Part shown: one piece after another, positions 1 through 11,860 of the stretch | How the letters are laid out: the number at the start of each line of letters is the position of its first letter | Position numbering within the stretch: position 1 is the first letter of the stretch | Source of the DNA: Trichomonas gallinae | Taxonomy: Eukaryota | Length of the DNA: 38,052 bases | Direction: 5' to 3' | Assembly (NCBI GenBank): GCA_008369845.1 | Contig: MRSU01006285.1 | Coordinates: 1-38,052, forward strand | Made by a program: the position numbers and the translations under genes | The notes under the pieces: generated by a model | Told to the model about the DNA's origin: nothing | Databases searched by the model: none | Seen by the model: only the letters and a program-made list of their open reading frames with translations

Positions 1-545
1 TTATCAACAACTTTAACAACAAATCCATGCGGAGCGATAACAAATCTCTGCTTAATCTGGTTCAAAGCTAATTTCATGAGTTCCTTACCTTCTTCGAGTG
101 TCATACCTTCCTTGTAGTGCTTATCAAATACAGACATAACGAAATATTGGCAATAACCCTGAGCGCCGTATGGAATTGCTTGAAGAGTGCCGAGATAATC
201 CATAAAGTAAAGATGCGGCTTGCCATCATGTCCAGCAAGAAGCATGTTTACTTCGTAAGGATTTGATCTGATTGCCTTTCTCATGATGTCTCTGATATAA
301 TGTGACATAGCGTCGCTGCTAAGATCTATGCCATTTCTGAAATGATACAAAGCGACATTTCCCTGGATAAATTCGGAGAGCTGAAGGCAGTCACCTGTTT
401 CTCCAGACATAGCTAATGCATGCCTGTCGTCTATTTGTGCAATTCTGTCGTATTCCTCACTCATGCAAATAATGGAGGAGGAAACAGAAGAATCTGCTGC
501 AATAATAACCCAATCTGGGCCTTGAAGACCAACAATACTAAGCAT
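1..545 (-). CDS. PSMB2: 20S proteasome beta subunit (PSMB2/PRE1, beta4 type); 3' end runs off the window
   Basis: Not in the ORF track. Manual minus-strand translation from ATG at 545: MLSIVGLQGPDWVIIAADSSVSSSIICMSEEYDRIAQIDDRHALAMSGETGDCLQLSEFIQGNVALYHFRNG...NPYEVNMLLAGHDGKPHLYFMDYLGTLQAIPYGAQGY...FDKHYKEGMTLEEG. This has the typical beta4 motifs and no propeptide. Confidence 0.95.
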   Translation of the reverse strand, partial: MLSIVGLQGPDWVIIAADSSVSSSIICMSEEYDRIAQIDDRHALAMSGETGDCLQLSEFIQGNVALYHFRNGIDLSSDAMSHYIRDIMRKAIRSNPYEVNMLLAGHDGKPHLYFMDYLGTLQAIPYGAQGYCQYFVMSVFDKHYKEGMTLEEGKELMKLALNQIKQRFVIAPHGFVVKVVD

Positions 546-548
546 TAT

Positions 549-572
549 GTCACTTTTGAACACTGTCACTTT
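549..572 (-). promoter_or_regulatory. Two AAAGTGAC elements (Trichomonas motif-2-like) upstream of the proteasome gene
   Basis: GTCACTTT at 549-556 and 565-572. On the minus strand the proximal copy reads AAAAGTGACATA-ATG. Confidence 0.7.
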
Positions 573-1679
573 TATAAGAAACTTGATTTGAACAATTTAG
601 CAAATTTTGCGATTTTTGGCCTCAATAATCAAAATATAGCACATCTCATTCATATACAATCTAACACTAGTGATTATCTACCTATATTTTTATTTATACT
701 GTTCTAATATCGATTAATATCAATGATTCTATATATAATTTCACATAACCAATAGATATGAGAAATACACAAATTAATGATTATTCCACACAATATTGTG
801 ACATTATCATAAAGCTTTATGTAGTTCTGTCTTACCAATTTTTCAATTAAATGATTCTCAATATTGTATGTTCAAACAACTGGAATCATATCAAATTAGA
901 CATAAATCATTTACAAAATAAGTGATTAAGTGCTAATGCTTCGATTTGAATGATATTATCTCAGATATACGAATAAAGATTTGGTATATATCATGATAAA
1001 CACAGATTGTAATCAATAAAAATTGTTATGTATGAAGATTCTACCATAAAATCGATGTGTCATAATGTATGTGATATTGATTATCAATATGGTTTTAAAT
1101 CTATTATCAATGACACAACCAGCACACTCTAATTTGAACCAAATGCTAATGGTGACGATTATCATGTCAAATTTTACGATAATGTGAGTATTTCACTGAA
1201 ACAAATTATATAAAACTTGGTTATTTATAGGTTTTATTTTATAAACACACTGCAAAGCTATTCATCTCTGAAATATAATATGTTTAACAGATATAAATTA
1301 TAATTAATAGCTGATAAAAACTTATTTCAATTTTAAATTTTGTGTTTCAATTGGAATTAAACCTAATAATACCTTGAATCACATACATTACATCGTTTAG
1401 ATGATAATGACATGAAAGATAATGCAAGATATATCAGAGAATAAAGTTTGCAGATATAACCTTATTTTTCCAAAATACGAAGAATCCAAAGGAGATAACA
1501 GACCAATATTTTGGGAAACGGCATTAATTGTCATTGTGATGCTATATCACGAATCAAATCGTTTAATGAAAAATAACGGATAATGAATTTATTTAAATTT
1601 CCGTTATATTTCTCTCCATTGTGTATTGTAAAGATATTTGCGCGGTAAAAAATTGAGTTTTGAGCATAAAATTTTTGAA

Positions 1680-2771
1680 ATGTCTGAAACGCCTGAAGCT
1701 GACAAGACATTTGCAACTCACGAAGTCCCAACAGAATTTCAGGCGGAAGAGAAAGACATCACGGATCTACCTCCGCTTGATATCACGATAAAACACGAAA
1801 ATAAAATTGATTCTTGCTGCCAGACAGGACATTCCTTAAAAGATGAGGAAGAAGATGACGAAGATAGCCTTGTTTGTAAAGCTCTTGAAGGAAACTTACC
1901 TAAAAACATGTCCCAAGAGGATTATGAATGTTTATTAACGAATATCAAGGATAAACGCGAGGAGTTAATTGAACAAGGACGTGCTTCTGAGGCATGCGAA
2001 TACGATAAGGCATATAAATATACAATAGACTCATATCAACATGCTTATAAGCAAAAATTATTCAAAGAAGCTAAGAAATGCAGCATAAAAAGAATTAAAA
2101 ACGCAAAGAATCTCTACAAGGAGAAAGAAGAAGGATATGATAAAGAGGAAGAAGTGATCGTTGCAAGTCTTAAAAAACGAATTGAACAGTTACAGATCAA
2201 ACACCAGCAAGAACTCGATAGGTACGAAGCAGAATGGCGAGATCCAGCAAAAATTCGAAAATATAACAAAACTTCAGGAAAATTAAAAGAATTGCGTCTT
2301 CAAGCCAGAATGTTAATGAAAACACACCGTTACAATGAAGCTCAGCAGATAGAATCCGAAGCTAATAGATTGCAAGAGATGGAAACTAAGAGACAACAAC
2401 AACAAATGATTCAAGACCATTTGGCTGGATTAAATTATTTAATAGCTCAACAGCAAGAAGAGTTGAGACTCGCAAGGATGTCAAATGATCTCAAAATCAG
2501 CACATTTAGGACTGATAAAGTTAAAGAACTTGATGTTTGCCAAAAGCGAATAACAAATGCTGAGGTTTCATCAGAGTCCGTTAAAAACTCAGACCAAGTC
2601 TGGGCAAAGAAGAAAAACACCTTCAGATGCCCGAGAATCGTAACATCGAGGAATTTAACAAAATCAAACATTGGAAAAATTTCTCCGAGCGATACATTGT
2701 CTCTTAAGGGTGTTAATCTCACTAAGTCTAGTCGTGCTCGAACAGCTTTTAATTATCGTGCTTATTTGTAA
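1680..2771 (+). CDS. Coiled-coil hypothetical protein
   Basis: Long ORF; first ATG at 1680 (MSETPEADK), whereas the track uses TTG at 1638. K/E/Q-rich helices, a KYNKTSGKLKELR segment and a LMKTHRYNEAQQI helical-hairpin-like segment. Confidence 0.8.
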   Translation: MSETPEADKTFATHEVPTEFQAEEKDITDLPPLDITIKHENKIDSCCQTGHSLKDEEEDDEDSLVCKALEGNLPKNMSQEDYECLLTNIKDKREELIEQGRASEACEYDKAYKYTIDSYQHAYKQKLFKEAKKCSIKRIKNAKNLYKEKEEGYDKEEEVIVASLKKRIEQLQIKHQQELDRYEAEWRDPAKIRKYNKTSGKLKELRLQARMLMKTHRYNEAQQIESEANRLQEMETKRQQQQMIQDHLAGLNYLIAQQQEELRLARMSNDLKISTFRTDKVKELDVCQKRITNAEVSSESVKNSDQVWAKKKNTFRCPRIVTSRNLTKSNIGKISPSDTLSLKGVNLTKSSRARTAFNYRAYL

Positions 2772-2967
2772 TTTGTTTATTAATTGTATATTAAAATCAC
2801 AATCTATACTGTTTTTTGATATATAGAAGCCTTATTTCTAAATGAATTCTTTATTAAAAAGGTAAACAACAAAAATATTTGAAAACCAAATATTCAAAAA
2901 CTCAAAATGAGTCGAATAATTTCCGAGCTATCAAAATACTGCATGGATATATTTATTTTTGTAACAA

Positions 2968-3459
2968 TTAAATGAATGGTGAACCAATTTCTTCCAATTC
3001 AAATATACTTGGGTCGATTTGGTTCAAAATGTCGGGTTCCTGGACTTTGCGTTGGCTATTTATAGCGGAAACAGGGTTCTGCGCTTTAAATGTCGCTACA
3101 ATATCCAAAGTTGGATTTCTTCTAAGCAGTTTCTTATATTGTGCTTTTATAGCGACATCGGTTCTGTTGTTAAAGAGCTGGGAAATCGCAGTCCACTTTT
3201 TTCCGTATGTATAAACCGACCATAAAATTTTGTAGTTTTCTTCTGGCGAAAAAGGAGTGAGATTGACGTTATCATCCAAATAACAATACCATCGGTCTTT
3301 GCACTGACGCGGATTTCTTGTTCCCATTAATTTGCTTATGTGTTGCCAGTCAATGCGAGTTCGGTCCTTGTACATGGTGTTAATGATGTTCTTGAGTTTC
3401 AAATCTTCTTCCTTTGTGAATTTGTTACGTGCTACGTGTTTGCAATTCTTTTCATTCAT
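2968..3459 (-). CDS. R2R3-type Myb DNA-binding protein
   Basis: KFTKEEDLKL...W..IS..MGTRNPRQCKDRW, followed by FSPEEN....YGKKWTAISQLFNNRTDVAIKAQY. Confidence 0.93.
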   Translation of the reverse strand: MNEKNCKHVARNKFTKEEDLKLKNIINTMYKDRTRIDWQHISKLMGTRNPRQCKDRWYCYLDDNVNLTPFSPEENYKILWSVYTYGKKWTAISQLFNNRTDVAIKAQYKKLLRRNPTLDIVATFKAQNPVSAINSQRKVQEPDILNQIDPSIFELEEIGSPFI

Positions 3460-5821
3460 TTTTTGTGCGAAATTGAAGAACTATTCAATTATTTTTAATT
3501 GAATTCTATAAAATTTCAAGCAAATTGCCATAGAATGCATAAAAACTATAATTAGCTTAGCAATTTTTTGTAAATTAATCAATTTGAATGAATCACGGGT
3601 GGTTTCCACTGAGCACAAATCGAGAAACATTTCATAGAGTCGTACAGAAGTTATATATATTGAGATGTATTTCTGCTATTTTCAAAATATGACTTTTGAC
3701 AAGAAAATAAATATTTTTGTTTATTGGATATTATTTCTCAATAACACTGTTTATAATAAATATAATGGCATCAATAGAGTCGAGTAATATTGTTGCCGAA
3801 TTGATATTGAATGTTTACGATATAAATCTTTGAATTTCAATATTGCGAAATCAAAATTAAATAATTTAATCATCATCAATGAAATATGTGATTATTGGAT
3901 TATTTATATCCAAATCGTACATCTTTTTTCATTATTTTTATCAAAAAAATACGAAAAATGATTAAAATCAATGAATTGCAATGGCTATTATTAATGATAT
4001 AATGATGAGCTAATGAGTGTTACTTGAATTACATCATTTCGAGCACTGATTCCTGGAGAAAAAGTAATTTTTTTTAGAATTATCGGTTTTTTATTTTTCG
4101 ATTAATTTGAATGTTCTCAGAAATTAATCGGAATTTTTTTTATTTCATTGTTGAATTTTACTGGTCTTTACTATTAGAATCTTCCAAATTAAGGTTAAAA
4201 AATTTACCTAATGAATTTTTTTTGATAAATGTGTTTTTTTCCAAGCAAAAATGATCATCTTCCCATAGTATGACCGAATAAATGCATTTCCATTTTTGAA
4301 CTCCAAGATTGCTTTTCAATTTTGTGAATATGAACGAAAAAAGTCGTAGGATTATGCAATATGATTATCATGTTACATTTATATAATGATATTAAATCTA
4401 TTTTGATGAATGGGAATTTTTTCTATTTTATTTCTTTAGATTAAGTCTTATGCAATATGAAGGAGAAATGATTTCAAATCTAACAACCATTTGGATCATT
4501 TCGATAATTTTATTCAAAAAATATAAAATATTCAAATTTGCCCGTAATTATTAATCATAAAATGACATATGCCATCTATACTCTATGTTCAAGAGTTTCT
4601 GCAAATAATAATGTTTTAATTTAATTCGAGTTATTATTTGAAAAATGAACATGTTCCTATAGACTATGATAACAATCTTTCGTAAATAGATTAATCTCTT
4701 AACACGTTTACCAATAATGCCTTACTAATTATCAAGGGTATTCAGAAAAGTAAATATTTGAATGAAAAGAATGTATATGTATTAAAATTGATATCATCAT
4801 AAGCATTTTGAAGAATGCGAAGAATTTGCATATTATTTTCGATTAAATATGGGAGCTTATCCATAATTTAGAGCATAAAACACTCCACCGTCATGGATGA
4901 ACTCAATTCGTTATAATGATTTCATTAGTGATGCATGTCTTTAAACATGCATCAAAAAATTTATTCCTCTTTATGGAAAAATGACAATTATTTGTAAGAG
5001 ACAAAAATAATCATATAGAGTATGTTGATAACCATATGTCTGAGAATTAGCATCATGATCTTACAGGCTTTGTCTTTTTGAATCAATTTTACACGAAAAA
5101 TGAAATATAAAGATTGAATTTTGGGATACTATGATGCAACTTCACATAGAAGTTATATATTTTAAGTGTAGTTGTTTCTTCATGCAATTTATGAAACATA
5201 TAGCAAAAATGTTTCATAAAATCAGAAGTAATAGAGAATCTATAGATAAACAACCATCTACATCAGCGCAGTCAAGATAATGATTGGCGAGTTATATGAA
5301 ATTATTGTAAAATTATTAATCAGGAAATTCAAAAATTCGAGTAATAACTGGATTCATAAAGAATTGTATTCAGCTACATCTCAAAAATATCTTAACAATC
5401 GATTCTTGCACAGAAAACTGTGTAATAGACTTTAAAATATTGAAAATTCAGATAATATTGACAGTTATAACAAAATACGTAGAGATATAGTTTGTTGTGA
5501 ATGAAGAGTATCATATAGTTTGGAGAAACAATGTGTTGTGCATCGATATTGAACAAAATCATAAAATTCTAAAATAAAATGATTTTATTCTCATATCATA
5601 GGCCCACATTACCCAAAACAAAGGCAAGCGAATAACAAAATTATAAAAAAATTACTGTTGATGTAAAGAATTTGACAAATTTCTTTATTTTATGTACATT
5701 TTACAAAAATTCCATCAGATTCATATACATTAAAGTGAATAGATATTAAAAACATGGTTAAAATCGAAAAATAATGAAGTAACAGCCAAAATATTTTTGA
5801 TAGCTTTACAATTTTTTACAA

Positions 5822-8800
5822 ATGAATTCAGCGAATCCAGATTTAGAGGAAAAACAAACCCAAGAAGAGCAAAACCAGCCCAACAGCACTCAGAAAGAGT
5901 TTGTTGATTACGTCAAGGCGAATTGTTCGCAGATCGCGCCTTCTTTGGAGGATTCTCTGCAAAATCACCAAGATCTCGCTGAAATCGGAAATAAATTACA
6001 TTCTGTTCTCGAATCAGCACAGACAGCCCCCATTCAAGCAGAAACTGCCCAATCAATCGATTTAGTTTTACGTCATATTATTTCTTCAATCGCAGAATCA
6101 AAGCATAACGAGTCGGTGGCCGAATTATCGACGATGTTCGCTCAGCGCCCATCTGATGTTAACATTGAGCGCCTCAAACTCATCGAGTTGCAGCGTGAAA
6201 ACGCGACATTAAAATCAAACAACGCAGAAAAGACCCAGGAAATCCAGCTCGCGCACAAAGAGACCGATGCTGTCAACGACAGGAACGCGCAACTCCAAAA
6301 GGAGAAAGATGCCATGGAGGCGAAGTTTAACGAAGAAATTTCGAAATTAAAATCTCAGATTTCTTCGTTACAAGAGGAATTGACAGGACAAACTGACAAG
6401 GACCACAAGATGTCGGACTCCGTCGCATCCATGGAGAAGAGACTCCGCGATGCTGAAGCAGAAACTGAGAATGTTAAGCGTCAGTTAGAAGAAGCCGTAA
6501 ACCGCTTGAAATTGAAGAACGACTACATCAACAAGCTCCAGGCTAAGATCCAGCTCAGCAAATCCGAGTACGAGCAGCTCAAGGTCGAAAAGAGCCAATC
6601 TGAAATGACTCTCTCGCAGCAAATCAAGATACAGTCTATGGACTCTGAGTCTAAGACGAAGAACCTCATCATCAAACTTACAAATCACATCCACGACCAG
6701 GATAAGCAGATTCAATCTATTATCCAGGCGAACCACAATGCTGCATTGATCATTGAGCGTCAGAACCAGCTCATCGATGAGTATGATGCCCAAGCCAGCA
6801 CATTACAGATGCATTTGAACGACGCTGACGGCGAAATTGAAAATCTTCAAAACGAACTCGAAGAAGTAACAACAATGAAGGACTCCACCCAGAACATTCT
6901 CGACTCTCGTACTGAGGAACTCGCAAATCTCCGCAATGTCGTCGCCCAATGCATCGAAAACGCTGCACCAAAGTGGAGCATCACAGAAGACGGACTTCCA
7001 GGCCTCATCCGCGAACTCACCGCAACAAAGATCGACCCAGAGACAGCCAAGAACTTGCAGGACCTCACAGCTATGGTTGATTCACTCAGCAGATTCATTG
7101 TCGAATTAATCCGCAACAACCATGCCGACATCAACATCCTTAGGAACATCCAGCGCCCAGTTCTCACCGATGGAACACTCAGACTCGACATCTTGAACGA
7201 AATGGCCAAGGTTCGCTCACTCCTCAAGGACATCACATATTCTTCCGCCGAAGAAGACCCACTCTGCGCATATCTTTGCGGTGTAGACGAGAACTTCCAG
7301 CTCAAGAACACACCAGACGCTGCAGCATCAGCAGTTCTCGCATGCATCTGCACTAAACTCCGCGAATTCACCCAGAAGGAGTTCGACGAACTTCGCAAGG
7401 TCAAGCAGGTCCTTCCATTCGTCTGCCTCGACAACGAGCTCCCAACAGCTGTCGCACAGTACATCCTCGAGCTCCAGCCGGTCTTCAAACAATTGTTGGA
7501 TGTAATTGGAAAGACATTGAATTTCCACGGATCAACAGCTGACATATTCCAGTGCCTCTGCAAGTACATCGAGGAGACATCGAACATGCTCAACGACCTC
7601 GACACAGGCGTCAGGCCACTCATCGGCTACGCTGGCAAGATCGTCGGAATCCCAGCCGTCATCAAGCAGGCTTTGACAGAGCTCAGGGAGGACCTCAACT
7701 TGCACAGGAACGGCGTCTCTAAGGAGATCATGAACGCCAAACTCGAACAAGAGAAGGAGAAGGCATCATGGCGCAGGAAGATCCAGGAGCTCGAAGGACA
7801 GCTCGAGAAGAACGGCGAGGTCATCGCTGACTTGCACAAGCAGATCGATGAACTCGCAGCCAAGCTCAAGAAGGAGCAGCAGGGTGGAAGAGATGCCACA
7901 CAGCAGGCAAAGGTTATCTCAAGAGACCTTGAGAGCCAGAAGGAGGCCAACAAAGTCCTTGAGTCTTCACGCGACATGGCCATCAAGGAGCGCGACGATA
8001 TCGAGGCGACGATGAAGGAGAGACAGGAGAAGTTCGAGGAGAGATTGACAGCTGTCCTCGAGCACGAAAGGAAGATCAACCAGGAAGAGAAGGATAGACT
8101 CGAGAAGAGATTGAGAGAAGAAATCACATCACTTTCCAACGAACTCGGCATGGCCAGATCCAAGATTAAGAAGGAGCAGGGCAAAGTCAGGAGAATCACC
8201 GACATGTACAACGACCTCCAGGACCAGCGCTCAACCGAAAGAAACCAGACCGAGGCAGAGAAGTCTACATTGATCTTGGCGCTTTCCGACAGCGACAAGC
8301 AGGCAAGAAAGATGAAGGCATTGAGAACGAAGCTCGAAGAAGAGAGGCAGAAGAACGTTGAACTCCAGAAGGAGCTCAAGAAGCACCAGAGCGCCGCGAA
8401 CCAGCAGTCATCCTTCGCACAGCAGCTCAGGTCAACATTGTCCGGTTCTCCATCACCAACCGCTTCACCAACAAGATACTCAGGGCCAGCATCGCCAACA
8501 TCACCAAGAACGAGGTCAATCGACGGACTCCACATGTCTCCAACCAAGTCTTCTCCACAGAAGAACAACTCCACACAGTTGTCCTCTCAGCCAAACACAG
8601 TCCTGATGAATCAGAACTTGAGCCAGACAGCATTAATGAGGCAGCGCCACGAAGTCGAGAACTTCGTGGCAGAACTCGGCGAGATTCTCACAACATTCAT
8701 CGGCAAGGATATCAGGTGGAACAGGCAGCGCATCATCAAGACAGTCGAAGCACTCATCGCCAAAGTTGAGTCAATGGACAACGAGCGCGAAGAGCTCAGG

Positions 8801-9235
8801 CAGTCAAGGTTCGCCCAGATGAACCACGAGTGGCAGGAGTGGGCTGACCAGATCCTCATGAGGAAGTCTCCAGGCTACAAGGGTGGTGCAACTGAGACAG
8901 AGATGAGAACAAGACTCAACGACCTCATCTGCTTGGTTTCTCCACGCTCTATCTCAGCCATCGACTCACTCAGAGCACAGAAGGAGCTCTTGATCAAGCA
9001 GAACTCTGAGAACCAGCAGAAGCAACAACAAGAAAACAACAACGAAGAGGAAGAAAACCACGAGAAGATAACTGAGAGATCTGTCGAGGAAGAAGAGAAG
9101 AAGGACAACGCTACAACACTCGTTAGATTGCTCAGAGTTGCTTTGTTCATCGCAGCAACAACAAAGAAGCCACAGAAGCCAGTCGTTGCTCAGACAGAAC
9201 CGGGAACAAACGTAACAAAGATTTCATTCATGTAA
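5822..9235 (+). CDS. Large coiled-coil protein (1137 aa) with an SP-rich linker
   Basis: Uninterrupted ORF with strong C/G third-position bias, two long heptad-rich regions and a SPSPTASPTRYSGPASPTSP linker. Confidence 0.9.
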   Translation: MNSANPDLEEKQTQEEQNQPNSTQKEFVDYVKANCSQIAPSLEDSLQNHQDLAEIGNKLHSVLESAQTAPIQAETAQSIDLVLRHIISSIAESKHNESVAELSTMFAQRPSDVNIERLKLIELQRENATLKSNNAEKTQEIQLAHKETDAVNDRNAQLQKEKDAMEAKFNEEISKLKSQISSLQEELTGQTDKDHKMSDSVASMEKRLRDAEAETENVKRQLEEAVNRLKLKNDYINKLQAKIQLSKSEYEQLKVEKSQSEMTLSQQIKIQSMDSESKTKNLIIKLTNHIHDQDKQIQSIIQANHNAALIIERQNQLIDEYDAQASTLQMHLNDADGEIENLQNELEEVTTMKDSTQNILDSRTEELANLRNVVAQCIENAAPKWSITEDGLPGLIRELTATKIDPETAKNLQDLTAMVDSLSRFIVELIRNNHADINILRNIQRPVLTDGTLRLDILNEMAKVRSLLKDITYSSAEEDPLCAYLCGVDENFQLKNTPDAAASAVLACICTKLREFTQKEFDELRKVKQVLPFVCLDNELPTAVAQYILELQPVFKQLLDVIGKTLNFHGSTADIFQCLCKYIEETSNMLNDLDTGVRPLIGYAGKIVGIPAVIKQALTELREDLNLHRNGVSKEIMNAKLEQEKEKASWRRKIQELEGQLEKNGEVIADLHKQIDELAAKLKKEQQGGRDATQQAKVISRDLESQKEANKVLESSRDMAIKERDDIEATMKERQEKFEERLTAVLEHERKINQEEKDRLEKRLREEITSLSNELGMARSKIKKEQGKVRRITDMYNDLQDQRSTERNQTEAEKSTLILALSDSDKQARKMKALRTKLEEERQKNVELQKELKKHQSAANQQSSFAQQLRSTLSGSPSPTASPTRYSGPASPTSPRTRSIDGLHMSPTKSSPQKNNSTQLSSQPNTVLMNQNLSQTALMRQRHEVENFVAELGEILTTFIGKDIRWNRQRIIKTVEALIAKVESMDNEREELRQSRFAQMNHEWQEWADQILMRKSPGYKGGATETEMRTRLNDLICLVSPRSISAIDSLRAQKELLIKQNSENQQKQQQENNNEEEENHEKITERSVEEEEKKDNATTLVRLLRVALFIAATTKKPQKPVVAQTEPGTNVTKISFM

Positions 9236-9668
9236 TCTATATTATTTATTTTTTTTAAATAACATTTTTTATTATCCTTTAAAATTCATTGTTAATATAT
9301 TTACATCTTTCACCAAAAATGCCAACATTTTATAATTACCAATTGTATTTTTGCAGTTTCTATGAATTTATTATCTAAAAATATTACAAAAATTTTATGA
9401 AATTCTATGATATAAACTGGTTTTTAAATAATTTTTAATATCAATTTTTTGATAAAAATATTAAATCGACAATCATATAATATCAAGTAACATTACGTCA
9501 AATTTCATCCTATATATGCTATATTCTACAGTTTTAATTACAATATTGAGATAATTTTGGGAATTTCATTTTTAGATGAATTTAATGAGGATGTTGTGGC
9601 TGTTTCAGCAAATAGTTATGAAATTAATCTCAATGATAAACAAATTTTAATTTTACAAACAAAAATAA

Positions 9669-11291
9669 TTATTCTTGTGGTGATTTGCTGGACATAACCA
9701 GATCGAATCTCTGTATAGATCCAGTGTCACCTGCTTTAACGAATGCTTGTCCCTCTCCGTAAACTAAATCAGTAGCTGCCACAGCGGGAACAGCAACAGG
9801 AGCCCTTCCTATCTTTCTTGCTGTTCTAGGCGAAATAGAGCCAGCAACTGATGTCTTAGGACGTCCACAGAACAAGCAAACAGGTCCTTTTCGTGCAACC
9901 GAGCATTGATCGATGACTTTCATTGGAATTCCTGTTGCTATCTTTTTAACTTCTTCTACTTCTTCTCTCGTCGCGTAAACTTCAGATTGCGCTGTAAGGT
10001 TATTAACAGATTCCTTCAGTTGATTTATATAAACTCTAAACTTCTCGAACAGTCTTTCATCGAACTCTCTGTCGACTTTCCTGTCCAACGCGCTTAAAAC
10101 GTCAACATTTTGTTTCTCTATTTCATTCATTCTCGCCAAAAAGTCTTCTATCTTAAGTTCAGAAGCGATTCTAAGCGAAATAGTTTGTATATCTTCAGGA
10201 GTCAAGCCTGTCTTCTTCTTGGCTTCTTCCACGATGATTTTCTCGGTCATCTTCCTTTGTACAGCTCCTCCACCACCAGTATGCTTCGGGATCTTCTTGT
10301 CGCCGACTCTGTTTGGCTCAACAGCTTTAAAATCGTCTAAAAACAGGGCTGGAGCGTTTTGAGATAGCTGTAAGAAAGGCAATTTGCCTAAACCGGCTCC
10401 TTCGGCGATCATAGTGTTGACTGTGTTGTTTAAAGCCATCATTGCTCGTGCAACATTTTTCTGATAAATTTCATATTCGTTTCCTGAGTCTGTGGACTCT
10501 GTGTCGCCATTTGTTCGTGCGGAATTCATGAATGGCGATGGTTTATTCGCGAAACCGTTCTTAAATGCTTCGAATTCAGATCTTAAATGAGCTAAAGCGA
10601 TTCTGAGTTTGGCAGCAATGGATCTGTCATTAGCACCACCGGATTCATCCTCTAAAATGTTATAAATGTTGTTATTATAATTTTCAAATTGTCGATCTAA
10701 GCTATTTTGTATTGAACTCGCTGCATCGTTTACAGCTCTGTCAACATAAGCTTGTGTTGCGAAGTCATCTGTGTTTATTGCGTTTTTTTCACTCATTTCT
10801 TTGACTTTTGTCTCCAAATCTGCGAATTTCGCATCAATTCTCTGCATAATTTCACCCATATTGTCTTTTGGCTGTTTTGCCATGAATTCTTGGACGTTTT
10901 TCTGTAAAAGATCAAAAGTTGATGAAATATTTGAGTAAGCTTGTTCATTTGAGCTGTTTGACGTCATCATGATATCATTTGCGCGTTCTTCAATCTTGTT
11001 TGATAGTCTTTCTTCAAGTTCTACCATGTTTTTCGATAATTGATCAAATTCATTTCTAATATTTTCGATATCACTCTCGTTTTCTGTTATTCTCGCACGT
11101 ATTTCTGACTGGTGATCATCATATTCGGCTTTTTGGATGCAATTTTTAAGTTGTTGTTCTAATTTTTCGATTCTCGAATCCTGATACTTCATTTTCTTGA
11201 AAAAAGCAGTAAATAGAGTCTGAAGGGACTCAGCCTGAATCTCGACTTGAAATAAATGTTCAGATGCAATTAGTTGTGATAAATCATTCAT
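9669..11291 (-). CDS. Coiled-coil protein with a C-terminal CxxCxRP motif (QRICH2/C16orf96 DUF4795-like)
   Basis: First ATG at 11291 (MNDLSQ). ALDRKVDREF and ARKGPVCLFCGRP resemble the recalled K.DK..CLSCDRP motifs of that family. Confidence 0.75.
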   Translation of the reverse strand: MNDLSQLIASEHLFQVEIQAESLQTLFTAFFKKMKYQDSRIEKLEQQLKNCIQKAEYDDHQSEIRARITENESDIENIRNEFDQLSKNMVELEERLSNKIEERANDIMMTSNSSNEQAYSNISSTFDLLQKNVQEFMAKQPKDNMGEIMQRIDAKFADLETKVKEMSEKNAINTDDFATQAYVDRAVNDAASSIQNSLDRQFENYNNNIYNILEDESGGANDRSIAAKLRIALAHLRSEFEAFKNGFANKPSPFMNSARTNGDTESTDSGNEYEIYQKNVARAMMALNNTVNTMIAEGAGLGKLPFLQLSQNAPALFLDDFKAVEPNRVGDKKIPKHTGGGGAVQRKMTEKIIVEEAKKKTGLTPEDIQTISLRIASELKIEDFLARMNEIEKQNVDVLSALDRKVDREFDERLFEKFRVYINQLKESVNNLTAQSEVYATREEVEEVKKIATGIPMKVIDQCSVARKGPVCLFCGRPKTSVAGSISPRTARKIGRAPVAVPAVAATDLVYGEGQAFVKAGDTGSIQRFDLVMSSKSPQE

Positions 11292-11860
11292 TTTTATATT
11301 GTAAAGTTTACAATAAAAATACAAAATTTTACGATTTTTACATTATACAGACAATAATAATTCTAAATCCATCGAAAAATTGAGATTTTAAGAATACGTT
11401 ATTTTTTAATTTTATTTTCGTTTTTCATCATAAGAAAACTAGTTTTCATCGAGAATCTTTTTAAATATGAGAAATATATGATCTATAGGACATAATACAT
11501 AAATATTATTTGAAAATCATAATTTTATAAATTATGAAATTTTTTTTTTCATAATTACAATGATTAATCATTACTATATCATTCTATATACAAATAATTT
11601 CACTCTTCTCCATATAATAATAATGATATACCAATATTTTATCATTGATAACAAACTTTTTTAATAATTTTGAGTCTGTCCTATTTTTCAATGAATAAAT
11701 TAAAACCAAAAATAATCAAATCTAATGATTAAACAACAAAATAAGACAAAAATAAATTTGATATAAAATATAAAATTTTTTTATAAAATTGATGAATGAA
11801 ATAAAAGAGAAAGTAATGTTAATAATATCCGTAAATATTTTAAATCAGAAAAAAAATTTG

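Noticed and set aside
420..707. 95-aa plus-strand ORF
   Set aside because: Antisense to the clear proteasome gene and runs into AT-rich promoter DNA.
4002..4049. ATGATGA...CTGA box C/D snoRNA-like pair
   Set aside because: Only 48 nt, no convincing terminal stem or C'/D' boxes, and no rRNA complementarity that I can recognise.
6485..9150. Long antisense ORFs (258 aa, 315 aa and others) inside the 5822 gene, and similar ones inside CYFIP
   Set aside because: Explained by strong codon bias that avoids TTA/CTA and so removes antisense stops; the S/L/F-rich translations mirror the sense coiled coil.
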